From the NCBI GenBank assembly GCA_964636865.1, contig CAZWVJ010000006.1:24882-88881 (forward strand): a stretch of DNA of 64,000 nucleotides, read 5' to 3'. A program made the position numbers and the translations under genes. Below the pieces are notes generated by a model, which did not search any database, was not told the origin of the DNA, and was given only the letters and a program-made list of their open reading frames with translations. Positions 1 to 10,197 of the stretch are shown piece after piece. Each line of letters starts with the position of its first letter. The stretch's first letter is position 1. This DNA comes from an uncultured Syntrophomonadaceae bacterium. Its GTDB lineage: Bacteria; Bacillota; Dethiobacteria; DTU022; PWGO01.

Positions 1-370
1 CAGGCAAAGATAACAGGGTTTCTACTTCATGGTAATATAAAAAGGTGGGCAGGTTGCGAGGCTGCCTCGGTGTGGAAACATTTGCCCACTTACCTTCTTT
101 CATTACTCCCTCTCTTTGCAAATACCTAAAAAAAGAACGCACGGAAGAAAGTTTGCGGGCAATAGTCTTACGGTTGTAACCCTTATCCATAAGGTAAGCT
201 AAAAAATGTCGCAAGATCCACTGCCGTTCTACATAATCAGTACTTCCGTATCTCTCCTCCATAAATGCAAGCAGTTGCTCTACGTCCATACGGTAACTCT
301 TTATAGTCATGGATGAAAAGTTTTTTTCCATCTGCATATAATTTATAAAATCCCGAAGGTATTTGTACAC
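1..370 (-). CDS. xerC: Tyrosine recombinase XerC, N-terminal part; the gene continues beyond the window edge
   Basis: The minus-strand frame is open from a GTG at 370 to position 1. It translates to VYKYLRDFINYMQMEKNFSSMTIKSYRMDVEQLLAF..., which matches the XerC/XerD N-terminal core-binding domain. AGGAG lies 7 nt upstream of the GTG. The position fits the conserved xerC-trmFO-topA-dprA order. Confidence 0.7.
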   Translation of the reverse strand, partial: MYKYLRDFINYMQMEKNFSSMTIKSYRMDVEQLLAFMEERYGSTDYVERQWILRHFLAYLMDKGYNRKTIARKLSSVRSFFRYLQREGVMKEGKWANVSTPRQPRNLPTFLYYHEVETLLSLP

Positions 371-412
371 AATCCATCTCCTTTCTGTTAAATATTAGCA
401 TATTAAAAATTG

Positions 413-1732
413 TTATGCAAGCAAGCTTTGACAGACTATTCGAAATTTTTTCAGGGCATCAAGAGAACGATTTACCAGGTAATCACGCCGCTGCTTTTTG
501 GGAATACGCTCTCCGGGGGGTTGAAACATGCCAAAGTTTACATTCATGGGTTGAAAATGCCGCGGATCAGCAGTAGTAATGTATCGGCTCAGAGCACCGA
601 TAGCTGTTTCCGGCGGAAAATCTAAACAAGATTTACCACGGGCAGCAGCTACAGCATTAAGCCCGGCAACCAAACCGGAAGCAGTGGACTCCACATAACC
701 TTCCACTCCGCTTAATTGACCGGCAATGAAAACTTTTTCCGCCTGCTTTAATTCATAGGTGCTCTTCAGAAGGCGGGGGGCATTTAGAAAAGTATTGCGA
801 TGCATCATGCCATAGCGGGCAAATTCGGCCTCTTCAAGCCCCGGAATCATGCGAAATATACGTCTTTGCTCGGGCCATTTCAATTGTGTTTGGAATCCCA
901 CCATATTATAAAGGGTAGCTTCAAGATTATCCTGCCGCAATTGAACCACCGCATATGGCTGTTCTCCCGTTCGTGGATCCGTCAAACCTACCGGCTTCAT
1001 CGGGCCAAATAAAAGGGTATCTCTTCCTCTTACCGCCATTTCTTCCACGGGCATACACCCTTCAAAAAACTTTCTTTCTTCGGTTAGATGGGGGATATAC
1101 TTTTCCCCCGTTACCAGCGCCTCCCAAAAATCATCATACTCCTTTTTGCTCAAAGGGCAGTTAATATAATCCGTCACCTCTTTTTCATAGCGCGATGCTT
1201 GAAAGACGCGATCAAAATTGATGGAGTCCGCCGTTACTATGGGGGCAGCGGCATCATAGAAGTATAAATAATCTTCGCCGATTACAGCATAAAGTGAACG
1301 CGCCAAAGCTTCAGAAGTTAACGGTCCGGTAGCAATTATAAGGGGACGTTCAGAAGGAATAGAATGCACATGTTCCCGCACCACTTTGATATGGGGGTGC
1401 TCTTCTATCCACCGGGTAATAAGGTTGGCAAATGCCTGGCGATCTACCGCTAAAGCTCCTCCTGCAGGAACTTCCGTTTCCAACGCAGCTTTGATAATCA
1501 ATGAGTCCATGCGGCGCAGCTCTTCCTTTAAAAGCCCGGCGGCATTGTGCAAGGATCGCGCCCGTAAAGAATTGCTGCATACCAACTCCGCCAAATAATC
1601 TGTATAATGGGCGGATGTAAACTCCCGCGGCCTCATCTCGTAAAGAAGAATTGAAGCTCCTTTTTCTGCTGCCTGCCAAGCAGCTTCTGCGCCGGCTAAA
1701 CCGCCCCCGATTATGATTATATCAGGTGTCAT
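413..1732 (-). CDS. trmFO: Methylenetetrahydrofolate--tRNA-(uracil-5-)-methyltransferase TrmFO (Gid)
   Basis: 439 aa. N-terminal FAD motif IIIGGGLAGAEAAW, then YEMRP...ELVCSNSLR, which matches TrmFO along its whole length. Sits between topA and xerC as in Bacillus. Confidence 0.9.
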   Translation of the reverse strand: MTPDIIIIGGGLAGAEAAWQAAEKGASILLYEMRPREFTSAHYTDYLAELVCSNSLRARSLHNAAGLLKEELRRMDSLIIKAALETEVPAGGALAVDRQAFANLITRWIEEHPHIKVVREHVHSIPSERPLIIATGPLTSEALARSLYAVIGEDYLYFYDAAAPIVTADSINFDRVFQASRYEKEVTDYINCPLSKKEYDDFWEALVTGEKYIPHLTEERKFFEGCMPVEEMAVRGRDTLLFGPMKPVGLTDPRTGEQPYAVVQLRQDNLEATLYNMVGFQTQLKWPEQRRIFRMIPGLEEAEFARYGMMHRNTFLNAPRLLKSTYELKQAEKVFIAGQLSGVEGYVESTASGLVAGLNAVAAARGKSCLDFPPETAIGALSRYITTADPRHFQPMNVNFGMFQPPGERIPKKQRRDYLVNRSLDALKKFRIVCQSLLA

Positions 1733-1735
1733 ATT

Positions 1736-3820
1736 TTACTTTTCCACCTCGGTTTTATACTTAATATTACTTTCACACGAAGGATCACCGCAGGCTATAA
1801 CATTCTTGTTTTGCTGCACCATAAAATAACCACAGTGAGGACATTTTTGGGGCAGAGGCTTTTTCCATAAGGAGAAAGTGCAATCAGGATAATTATCACA
1901 GCCGTAAAAAGTACGACCCTTGCGGCTGCGTTTTAGTACTATTTCACCCCCGTCTACCGGGCATTTTACCCCGGTTTCCGCATCTACATTTCGGGTGAAT
2001 CGACATTCAGGAAAGCCGGGACAGGCTAAAAATCGTCCAAAACGGCCGTAACGATATACAAGATTACGTTCACATTTTGGACAGGTTTCTTCGCTGTACT
2101 CCGGTTCCAGTTCCACATTTTCCATCTGTTTTTCAGCTGCTTCTACCCTTTGCCGAAAAGGCTCATAAAATTCATTTAAAACATCCTGGCTGTTGAGCTC
2201 TCCCTCCTCAATATCATCGAGTTTATCTTCCATTTTGGCCGTGAACTCAACATCAATTATTTCCGGGAAATAATTCTGCAGTAAATCTATCACTACCTTG
2301 CCTAATTCGGTAGGGATAAACGCCTTATTTTCTATGATCACATAACCGCGGCTGCGTATGGTTTCAATAATGGGAGAATAAGTACTGGGGCGCCCAATTC
2401 CCTTTTCTTCAAGCATTTTTACCAGGGACGCTTCGTTATAGCGGGGCGGAGGTTGAGTAAAATGCTGCTCCGGCATGAGATTTTTTAATCCCAAATTTTC
2501 ACCTTCGGATAAAGAGGGTAATAACTTATCAACTTCTTCCTGGTCTTTATCCTTACGGTAGAGGTACAGATAACCGGAAAATATGATATTACTCCCATTG
2601 GCTCTAAATTTATATTCACCGGCGCTAATATCCACCCTTAACTTGTGTAAAAGGGCCGCCGCTGTTTGACTGGCTAAGAACCGGGTCCAAATTAATTTGT
2701 ATAATTTTAGCTGATCTTTGTTCAAATGCGCTTTTAATTGTTCCGGATCCCGGTTTACATCCGTAGGGCGTATGGATTCATGGGCTTCCTGGGCTTTTTT
2801 GGACGATTTGAACTTATGGGGTTGGGAGGGAACATAGTCAGAGCCCAGATGATATTTAATGTATTCCCGAGTTTGTTTGGCAGCCTCTTCAGAAACTTTT
2901 ACCGAATCAGTGCGGATATAAGTTACCAGGCCTGTCATTCCGCTTTCACCTGTATTCACCCCTTCATAAAGCTGCTGGGCCAATTGCATGGTTTTCCGCG
3001 TAGAAAATCCTAATTTTTGAGAAGCCTCTTGCTGCAAACTGCTGGTAGTAAAAGGAGGTGCAGGTTTTTTCTCCTCCTGGCGGGAAGTGATTTTTTCCAC
3101 CCGGAAGTTTTCGTTTTGTAAATCCTGCACTATTTTTTCTGCTTCCTCTTTATTGTCTATTTTAATTTTTTGTTTGCCCCGCCAACGAAGCTCCGCATTA
3201 AAAGGGGTGGAATCTTTACGCCCGGTCAGGACCGCCTCGATGGTCCAGTACTCTTCGGGAACAAAGGCTTCGATTTCTTTTTCCCTTTCACAAATAAGGT
3301 GAACAGCCACTGATTGGACCCGGCCGGCACTGAGGCCTTTTTTGACATTTTTCCAAAGTAAAGGGCTGATCTGATAGCCAACTAAACGGTCCAATATCCG
3401 GCGGGCTTGCTGTGCTTCCACCCGGTAATTATCAATAAAGCGAGGTTCTTTAAGCGCTTTTTTTACTGCTTCGTTGGTTATTTCGTTAAATTCCACCCGA
3501 TTAGGTTCTTCCGGGTCAAGGTCCAGAGCTCTACCCAGGTGCCAACATATAGCCTCTCCTTCACGGTCAGGGTCGGGGGCAAGCAAGACCCGGTCTACTT
3601 TTTTACTGGCAGATTTGAGTTTTTTCAGGATTTCTCCCCGCCCCCGGATAGTAATGTATTGAGGTTGAAAGTTATTTTCCACATCGATGCCTAATTTACT
3701 TTTGGGCAAATCAATCAAATGACCGTTAGATGCTTCTACCTTATAATTGGAACCTAAAAATTTTTTTATGGTTTTGGCTTTGGTCTGAGATTCTACGATT
3801 AAAAGTGTTTTTTTCTTCAA
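1736..3820 (-). CDS. topA: DNA topoisomerase I
   Basis: 694 aa. Toprim N-terminus LLIVESQTKAKTIKKFLG, DPDREGEAI, and the RRILDRLVGYQISPLLWKKV...SAGRVQSV region. C-terminal Cys4 zinc-ribbon repeats. Confidence 0.95.
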   Translation of the reverse strand: MKKKTLLIVESQTKAKTIKKFLGSNYKVEASNGHLIDLPKSKLGIDVENNFQPQYITIRGRGEILKKLKSASKKVDRVLLAPDPDREGEAICWHLGRALDLDPEEPNRVEFNEITNEAVKKALKEPRFIDNYRVEAQQARRILDRLVGYQISPLLWKNVKKGLSAGRVQSVAVHLICEREKEIEAFVPEEYWTIEAVLTGRKDSTPFNAELRWRGKQKIKIDNKEEAEKIVQDLQNENFRVEKITSRQEEKKPAPPFTTSSLQQEASQKLGFSTRKTMQLAQQLYEGVNTGESGMTGLVTYIRTDSVKVSEEAAKQTREYIKYHLGSDYVPSQPHKFKSSKKAQEAHESIRPTDVNRDPEQLKAHLNKDQLKLYKLIWTRFLASQTAAALLHKLRVDISAGEYKFRANGSNIIFSGYLYLYRKDKDQEEVDKLLPSLSEGENLGLKNLMPEQHFTQPPPRYNEASLVKMLEEKGIGRPSTYSPIIETIRSRGYVIIENKAFIPTELGKVVIDLLQNYFPEIIDVEFTAKMEDKLDDIEEGELNSQDVLNEFYEPFRQRVEAAEKQMENVELEPEYSEETCPKCERNLVYRYGRFGRFLACPGFPECRFTRNVDAETGVKCPVDGGEIVLKRSRKGRTFYGCDNYPDCTFSLWKKPLPQKCPHCGYFMVQQNKNVIACGDPSCESNIKYKTEVEK

Positions 3821-3981
3821 TATTTCCCTGCCTCCTCAAACATTAACCGGATTTAAGATTAAAACGTAATCCCACCCGGGAGTTCTAGAGCAATCTAATT
3901 CTCTTCCTTTAAATTACATTATTTAATATAACATAATATAATATAATATAATACATTAAATAATATTTATTCAAGCATATA

Positions 3982-5085
3982 CTAAATTCGCATAAAATAT
4001 TTTCCCGGCAACTGCCGCACAAAGCCCTTCATTTCCAAGTTCAAAATTAGCTCGCTGAATTTTGACGGCGAAAGATCACCCTCCCGAATTATTTCATCGG
4101 CATGGGTGGGTTGAAAAGATACCAGATTAAGCAAATCTTCTTCCTCTTTTTCTAAAAAGCTCATCTGCCCTGTTTCTTTATGTTCCCCATCTTCATTCTT
4201 GCTGCCCCCGCTTTCAGTTATGGCCAGCCCCACCTCTTCTAAAATATCATCCAAGGCATCCAAAACCTTGGCGCCCTGTTTAATTAAACGATTGCATCCC
4301 CGGCTGTATGGACTGTTGATATTGCCCGGCACGGCAAATACTTCTCTCCCCTGTTCAAGGGCAAAATCTGCCGTAATCAAAGCACCGCTTTTTTCCATGG
4401 CTTCTACTACCACTGTTCCCATAGATAAGCCACTGATAATGCGATTTCGACGGGGAAAATGCTGGGGGATAGGTTTAGTGCCAACGGGAAATTCACTAAT
4501 TACAGCTCCGCTTGTACCGATTTGGTGTTTCAAAAATCGATTTTGAGGAGGATAACACACATCCGCGCCCGAGCCCAACACCGCTATAGTCCGGCCACCA
4601 CCTTCCAGGGCCCCCTTGTGCGCCCAACTATCAATCCCCAAAGCCATTCCGCTTACTACGGTAACTCCTAAATATGCCAGTTCCCGGGCAAATTTCAAGG
4701 CAATTTCCTTACCATAAGCAGTTGCCTTGCGACTGCCCACTATGGCTATTGTTATTTCTCCATTCTTTAGTTCCCCTTCTCCGTAAATAAGCAGGGGCGG
4801 ATAAAATATTTCCTGCAGTAAATCCGGATACTGCGGATCTTCTTCCGTTAAAACCCATATTCCACTGTTTTGTAATTTGTCCCATTCATATTTAACATCG
4901 ATGCGGGACCTTTCCCCGGCAAATTTTTGGGCAAGGGAACCCCAACCATCAACTTTTTGAAGAAAGCTCACAGGAGCTTTCCAAGCCTCAGCAGGATCCG
5001 GTATATACCGCAGCAGGGACTTTATCCTCCGAGGACCCAAATAAGGCACCATGTTAAAAGCATTCAAATATGCTGTTTTCTCCAT
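3982..5085 (-). CDS. dprA: DNA processing protein DprA (Smf)
   Basis: 367 aa. Rossmann-like DprA core IVGSRKATAYGKEIALKFARELAYLGVTVVSGMALGIDSWAHKGALEGGGRTIAVLGSGADVCYPPQN. Lies upstream of topA as in Firmicutes. Confidence 0.9.
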   Translation of the reverse strand: MEKTAYLNAFNMVPYLGPRRIKSLLRYIPDPAEAWKAPVSFLQKVDGWGSLAQKFAGERSRIDVKYEWDKLQNSGIWVLTEEDPQYPDLLQEIFYPPLLIYGEGELKNGEITIAIVGSRKATAYGKEIALKFARELAYLGVTVVSGMALGIDSWAHKGALEGGGRTIAVLGSGADVCYPPQNRFLKHQIGTSGAVISEFPVGTKPIPQHFPRRNRIISGLSMGTVVVEAMEKSGALITADFALEQGREVFAVPGNINSPYSRGCNRLIKQGAKVLDALDDILEEVGLAITESGGSKNEDGEHKETGQMSFLEKEEEDLLNLVSFQPTHADEIIREGDLSPSKFSELILNLEMKGFVRQLPGKYFMRI

Positions 5086-5115
5086 TTATCCCTTCCGCTT
5101 ACTACTCTGTTTATT

Positions 5116-6360
5116 TTAATAGCGGTTTTTATATTCCATGATATGATTTTCCCATGTCCGCAAACATACTTTCTCATCATAAAAATTCACCAGATAATTA
5201 GGAAGTATGGGGGTTTTCCCATAACCTCCAGGACTGTTTAAAATATAAGTAGGAATAGCCAACCCGGAAGTATATCCCCGCAGTTGCTCCATGATTTCAA
5301 TTCCTTCTTCAACCCTGGTGCGGAAATGTGAAGTTCCCTTTACTTCTTTCGCATGAAATATATAATAAGGGCGGACCATTATCCGCAAAAGCTCCTGGTT
5401 CAGTTTGCGCATCACATAAGGATTATCATTTACCCCCCTCAGCAAAACAGCCTGGTTGCCCAGCGCAGCCCCTGCCCTGGTCATTTTCATACAAGCCTCT
5501 CCGGCATCGGGGGTAACCTCCAGAGGGTGGTTAAACTGGGTATTCACATAAAGAGGCATGTGCCGGGACAATATTTCACACAGCTCATCATCCACCCGAT
5601 AAGGAAGTGTAACCGGCGATCTTGTCCCCAATCGTTTAATCTCCACGTGAGGAATATTTTCCAACTCGGTAAGAAGCCAATCAATGGTATCGTTTTCCAG
5701 CATAAACGCATCACCGCCGGTTAGCAAAACATCCCGTATTTCTTCATTGTGGCGGATATAATCGAGGGCTGCTTTCAAAGTCTCTTCAGTTGCATTGGTA
5801 TCCGTCTCCCCAATATCACGCCTTCGCTGGCAGTGACGACAAAACATGGCACACTTGTTGGTTACATTTATGATTAACCGGTCGGGATATCTGCGGGTAA
5901 TTGCCGGAGCAGGAGAGGTATTTTCCTCATCCATGGGATCCATTTCACCAAGGGTATCATAATACTCCATGGCAGTGGGTATGGATTGGCGACGCACCGG
6001 ATCTGCCGGATCATCTTGATCAATAAGGCTCAAATAATACGGAGAGACAGCCCAACGATACCTGGAACCGGTGGTATTAATATCAACCGCCTCTTCCTCA
6101 TCAATATTCAGCAGTTCCCGCAATTTATCCGTATCAACGACTCTATTTGCCAGCTGCCACCTCCAATCAAACCACTCTGTAGAAGAGACACCAAAGGCGG
6201 ACTGTATTTCTGCCTGGTTCTTTTTTATTCGTTCCCAATCTTTATATCCGGAAGGTATCTCCTGCGAAACTTCCAGGTAGTCTTTTATGTTTTCTTTCAG
6301 TTGAGCCGCTCTTGCTAAAGACTTTTCCCTTCTTTGCTTTTCTTGATCTTGCGCCTCCAT
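5116..6360 (-). CDS. kamA: Lysine 2,3-aminomutase (radical SAM, KamA family)
   Basis: 414 aa. KamA-type N-terminal extension and radical-SAM cluster motif CAMFCRHCQRRR (CxxxCxxC). The length and layout are typical of clostridial KamA. Confidence 0.8.
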   Translation of the reverse strand: MEAQDQEKQRREKSLARAAQLKENIKDYLEVSQEIPSGYKDWERIKKNQAEIQSAFGVSSTEWFDWRWQLANRVVDTDKLRELLNIDEEEAVDINTTGSRYRWAVSPYYLSLIDQDDPADPVRRQSIPTAMEYYDTLGEMDPMDEENTSPAPAITRRYPDRLIINVTNKCAMFCRHCQRRRDIGETDTNATEETLKAALDYIRHNEEIRDVLLTGGDAFMLENDTIDWLLTELENIPHVEIKRLGTRSPVTLPYRVDDELCEILSRHMPLYVNTQFNHPLEVTPDAGEACMKMTRAGAALGNQAVLLRGVNDNPYVMRKLNQELLRIMVRPYYIFHAKEVKGTSHFRTRVEEGIEIMEQLRGYTSGLAIPTYILNSPGGYGKTPILPNYLVNFYDEKVCLRTWENHIMEYKNRY

Positions 6361-6848
6361 ATTAATACCTCCAAAATATATTATTTCTATGTATTAAGCA
6401 CAATCAAAAATTTAACTTGTTTATCCCTTAAAACCTGTGCATTGTGCATTAAGTTTTTTTAACACTCTTTTACCACCTAAACAAAGCGTACTCTCATTAG
6501 CTTTTCTAATCTCTGTCAGAATGAGAAGAGTGTAACATAAGCTTTCAAAGTTGTGAACCTTACCTTAGAATCTATGAAAGAAAAAGAAAATATAGCGACC
6601 CAAAATTTTTCAGAGTCTAAATCAATTGCCGTCTTAAATATTAATTAATAAATTATGTGCATATGTGTAAAAAAGAACATCTGATTAACAGCATTTCATC
6701 CCGTTGCAAATATTATTCTTCGGTGGTTTTTATTCTAACATTAAGTGCCTGAGCTTGTTGCAAAACTTCTCGTAAAAAAATATTATAAACAATTAAAATA
6801 ATATTTCCTTCCGGCACTACATGTAATTATAAAAACACCGTATTGGCA

Positions 6849-7235
6849 TTACAGAGAAAATTCGGTAAAAGCTGTTTCTTCCTTAATTTCTTTAATCCGG
6901 TTGAGATGATCAACAAAGACTACCCGCGGCTTGAAATTTTTTAACTCCTCACCTGTCATGCCCGCATAACTTATAATAATTACTTGATCACCGGGCTGAA
7001 CCAGGCGAGCTGCAGCTCCATTTAGGCAAACGTCTCCTTCGCCGGCTGGGCCGGCAATAACGTAAGTCTCTAACCGGGAGCCGTTATTATTGTTGACCAC
7101 CTGCACCTTTTCATAAGGTAAAATGTCTGCCGCTTCCATGAGGGAAGAATCAATTGTAATACTGCCCACATAGTTTAAATTAGCCCCTGTTACCGTGGCC
7201 ACGTGAATTTTTGATTTACACATGAACCTTAACAC
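6849..7235 (-). CDS. panD: Aspartate 1-decarboxylase
   Basis: 128 aa. [23 protein letters not shown]...[15 protein letters not shown]...CLNGAAARL matches the PanD pyruvoyl enzyme almost residue for residue. Confidence 0.95.
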   Translation of the reverse strand: MLRFMCKSKIHVATVTGANLNYVGSITIDSSLMEAADILPYEKVQVVNNNNGSRLETYVIAGPAGEGDVCLNGAAARLVQPGDQVIIISYAGMTGEELKNFKPRVVFVDHLNRIKEIKEETAFTEFSL

Positions 7236-7239
7236 TCCA

Positions 7240-8112
7240 TCACACCTCCACTAGTAAATTGTCAATAAGCCTGGCCTGACCAAATTTTACCGCCAACGCC
7301 AGCAAAACCGGCTCTTGAATTTGATCTACTTTTTGCAATTTCTTTTTATCCACTATTTCAACATAATCGGGAGCAGCTAACGGTTCTTGAGACAAGTTTT
7401 GCCACATAAACTTGCGTAGAACCTCGGCATTTCTTTCCCCGGCAATGATTTTTTCCCGGGCAGCAAGGAGAGTTGAATAAATAATCCGGGCAGCTTTCCT
7501 TTCTTCCGGATGCAAGTACTTATTGCGAGAACTCATAGCCACTCCATCATCTTCCCTTACTGTAGGGCAAACGACTATTTCTACATTCATATTAAGATCT
7601 TCAGTCATTTTTTTTATCACCAACGCCTGCTGGGCATCTTTCTGCCCAAAGTATGCTTTGTCGGGCTCAACCAGGTTAAACAGCTTGTTTACCACCGTGG
7701 TAACCCCCCTAAAATGAACGGGCCTGGAAGCGCCGCACAAAACTTCCGTAATTTCTTCTACATTAACATAGGTGAGATAATCCGGAGGGTACATAGCCCT
7801 CACCTCCGGATAAAAAATGAGATCGCACCCTTCCTCTGCCGCTTTTTTCCGGTCACCCTCTAAATCTTGCGGATAATCCTCATAATCTTCTCCCCGCCCA
7901 AATTGAATTGGGTTTACAAATATGCTCATTACCACATAATCTGTTTGTTTTCTCGCCTCCCGCAGGAGAGAAAGATGCCCTTCGTGTAAAAACCCCATAG
8001 TAGGGACTAAACCTATGCTTTGGCCTTCTGATTTTACCCCCTTTACTTCATTTTTTAGTTCTGTTAAATCCCGTATTAACTTCATCTCCACTATATCACC
8101 CAAAAATTTCAA
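7240..8112 (-). CDS. panC: Pantoate--beta-alanine ligase
   Basis: Motifs [17 protein letters not shown] and the HIGH-like nucleotidyltransferase fold. The start is uncertain: the track start at 8112 is a TTG. Alternatives are a GTG near 8092 and an ATG at 8086. Confidence 0.85.
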   Translation of the reverse strand: MKFLGDIVEMKLIRDLTELKNEVKGVKSEGQSIGLVPTMGFLHEGHLSLLREARKQTDYVVMSIFVNPIQFGRGEDYEDYPQDLEGDRKKAAEEGCDLIFYPEVRAMYPPDYLTYVNVEEITEVLCGASRPVHFRGVTTVVNKLFNLVEPDKAYFGQKDAQQALVIKKMTEDLNMNVEIVVCPTVREDDGVAMSSRNKYLHPEERKAARIIYSTLLAAREKIIAGERNAEVLRKFMWQNLSQEPLAAPDYVEIVDKKKLQKVDQIQEPVLLALAVKFGQARLIDNLLVEV

Positions 8113-8135
8113 TTATCATATTTTGTGATGAAAAG

Positions 8136-8987
8136 CTATTCCTTCAGCGCTTCTTTAATTTTTTCAAAAATATCTTCCGGCATTTCAAAGCGGTGTTCTT
8201 CAGCCGGAAATTTGCCTTCTTTTACTTCTTGAATATAACTCTGAATTCCTTTTTCCATTTCCGCCCGGGCATTGGCATATTCCTTAACAAACTTCGGGCG
8301 TTTGCCGGTAGTCAAGCCCATCACATCATGATAAACTAAAACCTGCCCGTCACACTGTTCTCCTGCTCCGATGCCTATGGTGGGAATGCCGATAGAACGG
8401 GTAATCAACCCCGCCAACAACCAGGGGACACATTCCAATACAACTCCGAAAGCACCCGCTTCTTCCAGCTTCCTGGCGTCATCAACCATTTTTAAAGCCG
8501 TTTGAATGTCTTTTCCCTGAACCTTGAATCCCCCCATTTGCCCCACAGATTGGGGGGTCAATCCCAGATGTCCCAGCACGGGTATTCCGGCTTCGGTTAT
8601 TCCCCGGACCGCATCAATTATTTCCACACCACCTTCTAATTTGACAGCATCCGCGCCGGTCTCCTGGATTGCTTTTTTCACATTTTCCATTGCCTTTTCT
8701 CTGGTAATCTGGTAAGTCATAAAAGGCATATCAATAATGACCATGGCCTTCTCAACTCCACGCACTACAGCTCGTCCGTGATGAATCATATCTTCCAGGG
8801 TTACCGCCAATGTATTCTGGTAACCCAAAACTACCATGCCCAGCGAATCACCTACCAGAATTATATCTACATCCGCCTGATCAACCAGTTCGGCAGTGGG
8901 ATAATCATACGCCGTAAGCATGGTGATTTTTTCCCCGCTGCTTTTCTTCTCTTTGAGGTCTAAAATCGAAGTTTTACTTTCAGGCAT
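8136..8987 (-). CDS. panB: 3-methyl-2-oxobutanoate hydroxymethyltransferase
   Basis: 283 aa. KITMLTAYDYPTAELVDQADVDIILVGDSLGMVVLGY...TLEDMIHH is the canonical PanB sequence. Confidence 0.95.
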   Translation of the reverse strand: MPESKTSILDLKEKKSSGEKITMLTAYDYPTAELVDQADVDIILVGDSLGMVVLGYQNTLAVTLEDMIHHGRAVVRGVEKAMVIIDMPFMTYQITREKAMENVKKAIQETGADAVKLEGGVEIIDAVRGITEAGIPVLGHLGLTPQSVGQMGGFKVQGKDIQTALKMVDDARKLEEAGAFGVVLECVPWLLAGLITRSIGIPTIGIGAGEQCDGQVLVYHDVMGLTTGKRPKFVKEYANARAEMEKGIQSYIQEVKEGKFPAEEHRFEMPEDIFEKIKEALKE

Positions 8988-9020
8988 TTGGTTACCCTCC
9001 CCATTTAGGTTAAATAAATA

Positions 9021-9896
9021 CTACTCTGTTTCTAAAGCTTTCGTTATCTTATGCCTGCCTTCTGCCGATAAAGTTCCTTTTTCATTGGCCACTAAAGCTG
9101 TATAATTTCCCAACCGGCGATAAACTTCCAGTAATTGGGGCATTTCCTTTTTAATCCGTTCTATATGACTGCCAATTGTATCTGCATCTCCCCGGTCAAT
9201 AGGGCCGGTCAATGCCCGGGGCACTCCTACCCTTTTAACATTAGCAAGGGTTCCCTCGATAAGAGGCATTAACGCCGACAAAGCTTCATCGCGCGGCACC
9301 CCGGAAGTCTCCATCATTTTTAACCCCATATCCAGGAGAGCAACAAAATAATTACAAGACACACACGCTGCAGCATGATACAACGGCTTCATCTCCGTAG
9401 AAATAGTCAGGGCATTACCTTCAAGGGCAACCACAAGCTTTTGCCCCACCTGCAGGGCTTCTTCATCCCCTTCCATGGTAAAATATGTGCCGGGAAGGTT
9501 TTGTAAGCCCGTCTCTGCACTGGGAAATGTCTGTAAGGGATGCATGGAAAGGACATATGCCCCGGCTTCCCGGGCACTTTCCAAAAGGTGAGAGGTATGC
9601 GCCCCGCTGGTGTGTAAAACAACCTGTCCTTTGGAAAAGCCCTCCCTTGAAGCAATTTGTTGACAAACTTCCTCTATAAAACTGTCCGGGGTAGTAATAA
9701 ATATTATGTCTGCCCGGCGAGTAATTTCAACCGGATCAGTAAATTGCTCGGTGGCAAGTTTTGCAGCAGAATGTTGGGCAGATTCCTTAGTCCGACAGCA
9801 AAGGCCTGTGAGAGTATAACCATTGCGTTTCAGGGCCAGGGCCAAAGCCACCCCTACATTTCCCGCGCCTACAATACCAATACGCTCCATTACCAT
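9021..9896 (-). CDS. Rossmann-fold NAD(P)-binding oxidoreductase (DUF2520-like); predicted ketopantoate reductase, first gene of the pan operon
   Basis: 291 aa. N-terminal GxGxxG motif IGIVGAGNVGVALA. Operon context is immediately upstream of panBCD. This family is often annotated as a putative 2-dehydropantoate reductase in Clostridia. The function is inferred from context. Confidence 0.55.
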   Translation of the reverse strand: MVMERIGIVGAGNVGVALALALKRNGYTLTGLCCRTKESAQHSAAKLATEQFTDPVEITRRADIIFITTPDSFIEEVCQQIASREGFSKGQVVLHTSGAHTSHLLESAREAGAYVLSMHPLQTFPSAETGLQNLPGTYFTMEGDEEALQVGQKLVVALEGNALTISTEMKPLYHAAACVSCNYFVALLDMGLKMMETSGVPRDEALSALMPLIEGTLANVKRVGVPRALTGPIDRGDADTIGSHIERIKKEMPQLLEVYRRLGNYTALVANEKGTLSAEGRHKITKALETE

Positions 9897-10197
9897 GCGC
9901 CCAAACCTCTCTTCACAGCGGCGGCTCTTGCCGATTGCCCCTGTTGTTCCTTAAAGTAAAAATACCTTACCCCAGGGGCAAGGTACACTTTGTTAGAAAA
10001 AATAACTTTAATCATTTCAGTACCCTCCGTCCCGGTCCAAATATGGTTCCAAGCAGAGTAAGTTTTTTAAGTCTGTACTTGTTCAACGCTTACCAGCTGC
10101 CGACAGTAACATTTTAACTTAATTTTTCCACCCCCGTCAATAATTTTCATTTACTTTTTTTACCTAAATTTTATGAGCCGGAAAACATACTCCTCAT

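Noticed and set aside
3936-3957. (ATAAT)n microsatellite in the topA-dprA intergenic or promoter region
   Set aside because: Only about four units in a generally AT-rich promoter. There is no evidence for phase-variable control, so it is recorded only as a curiosity.
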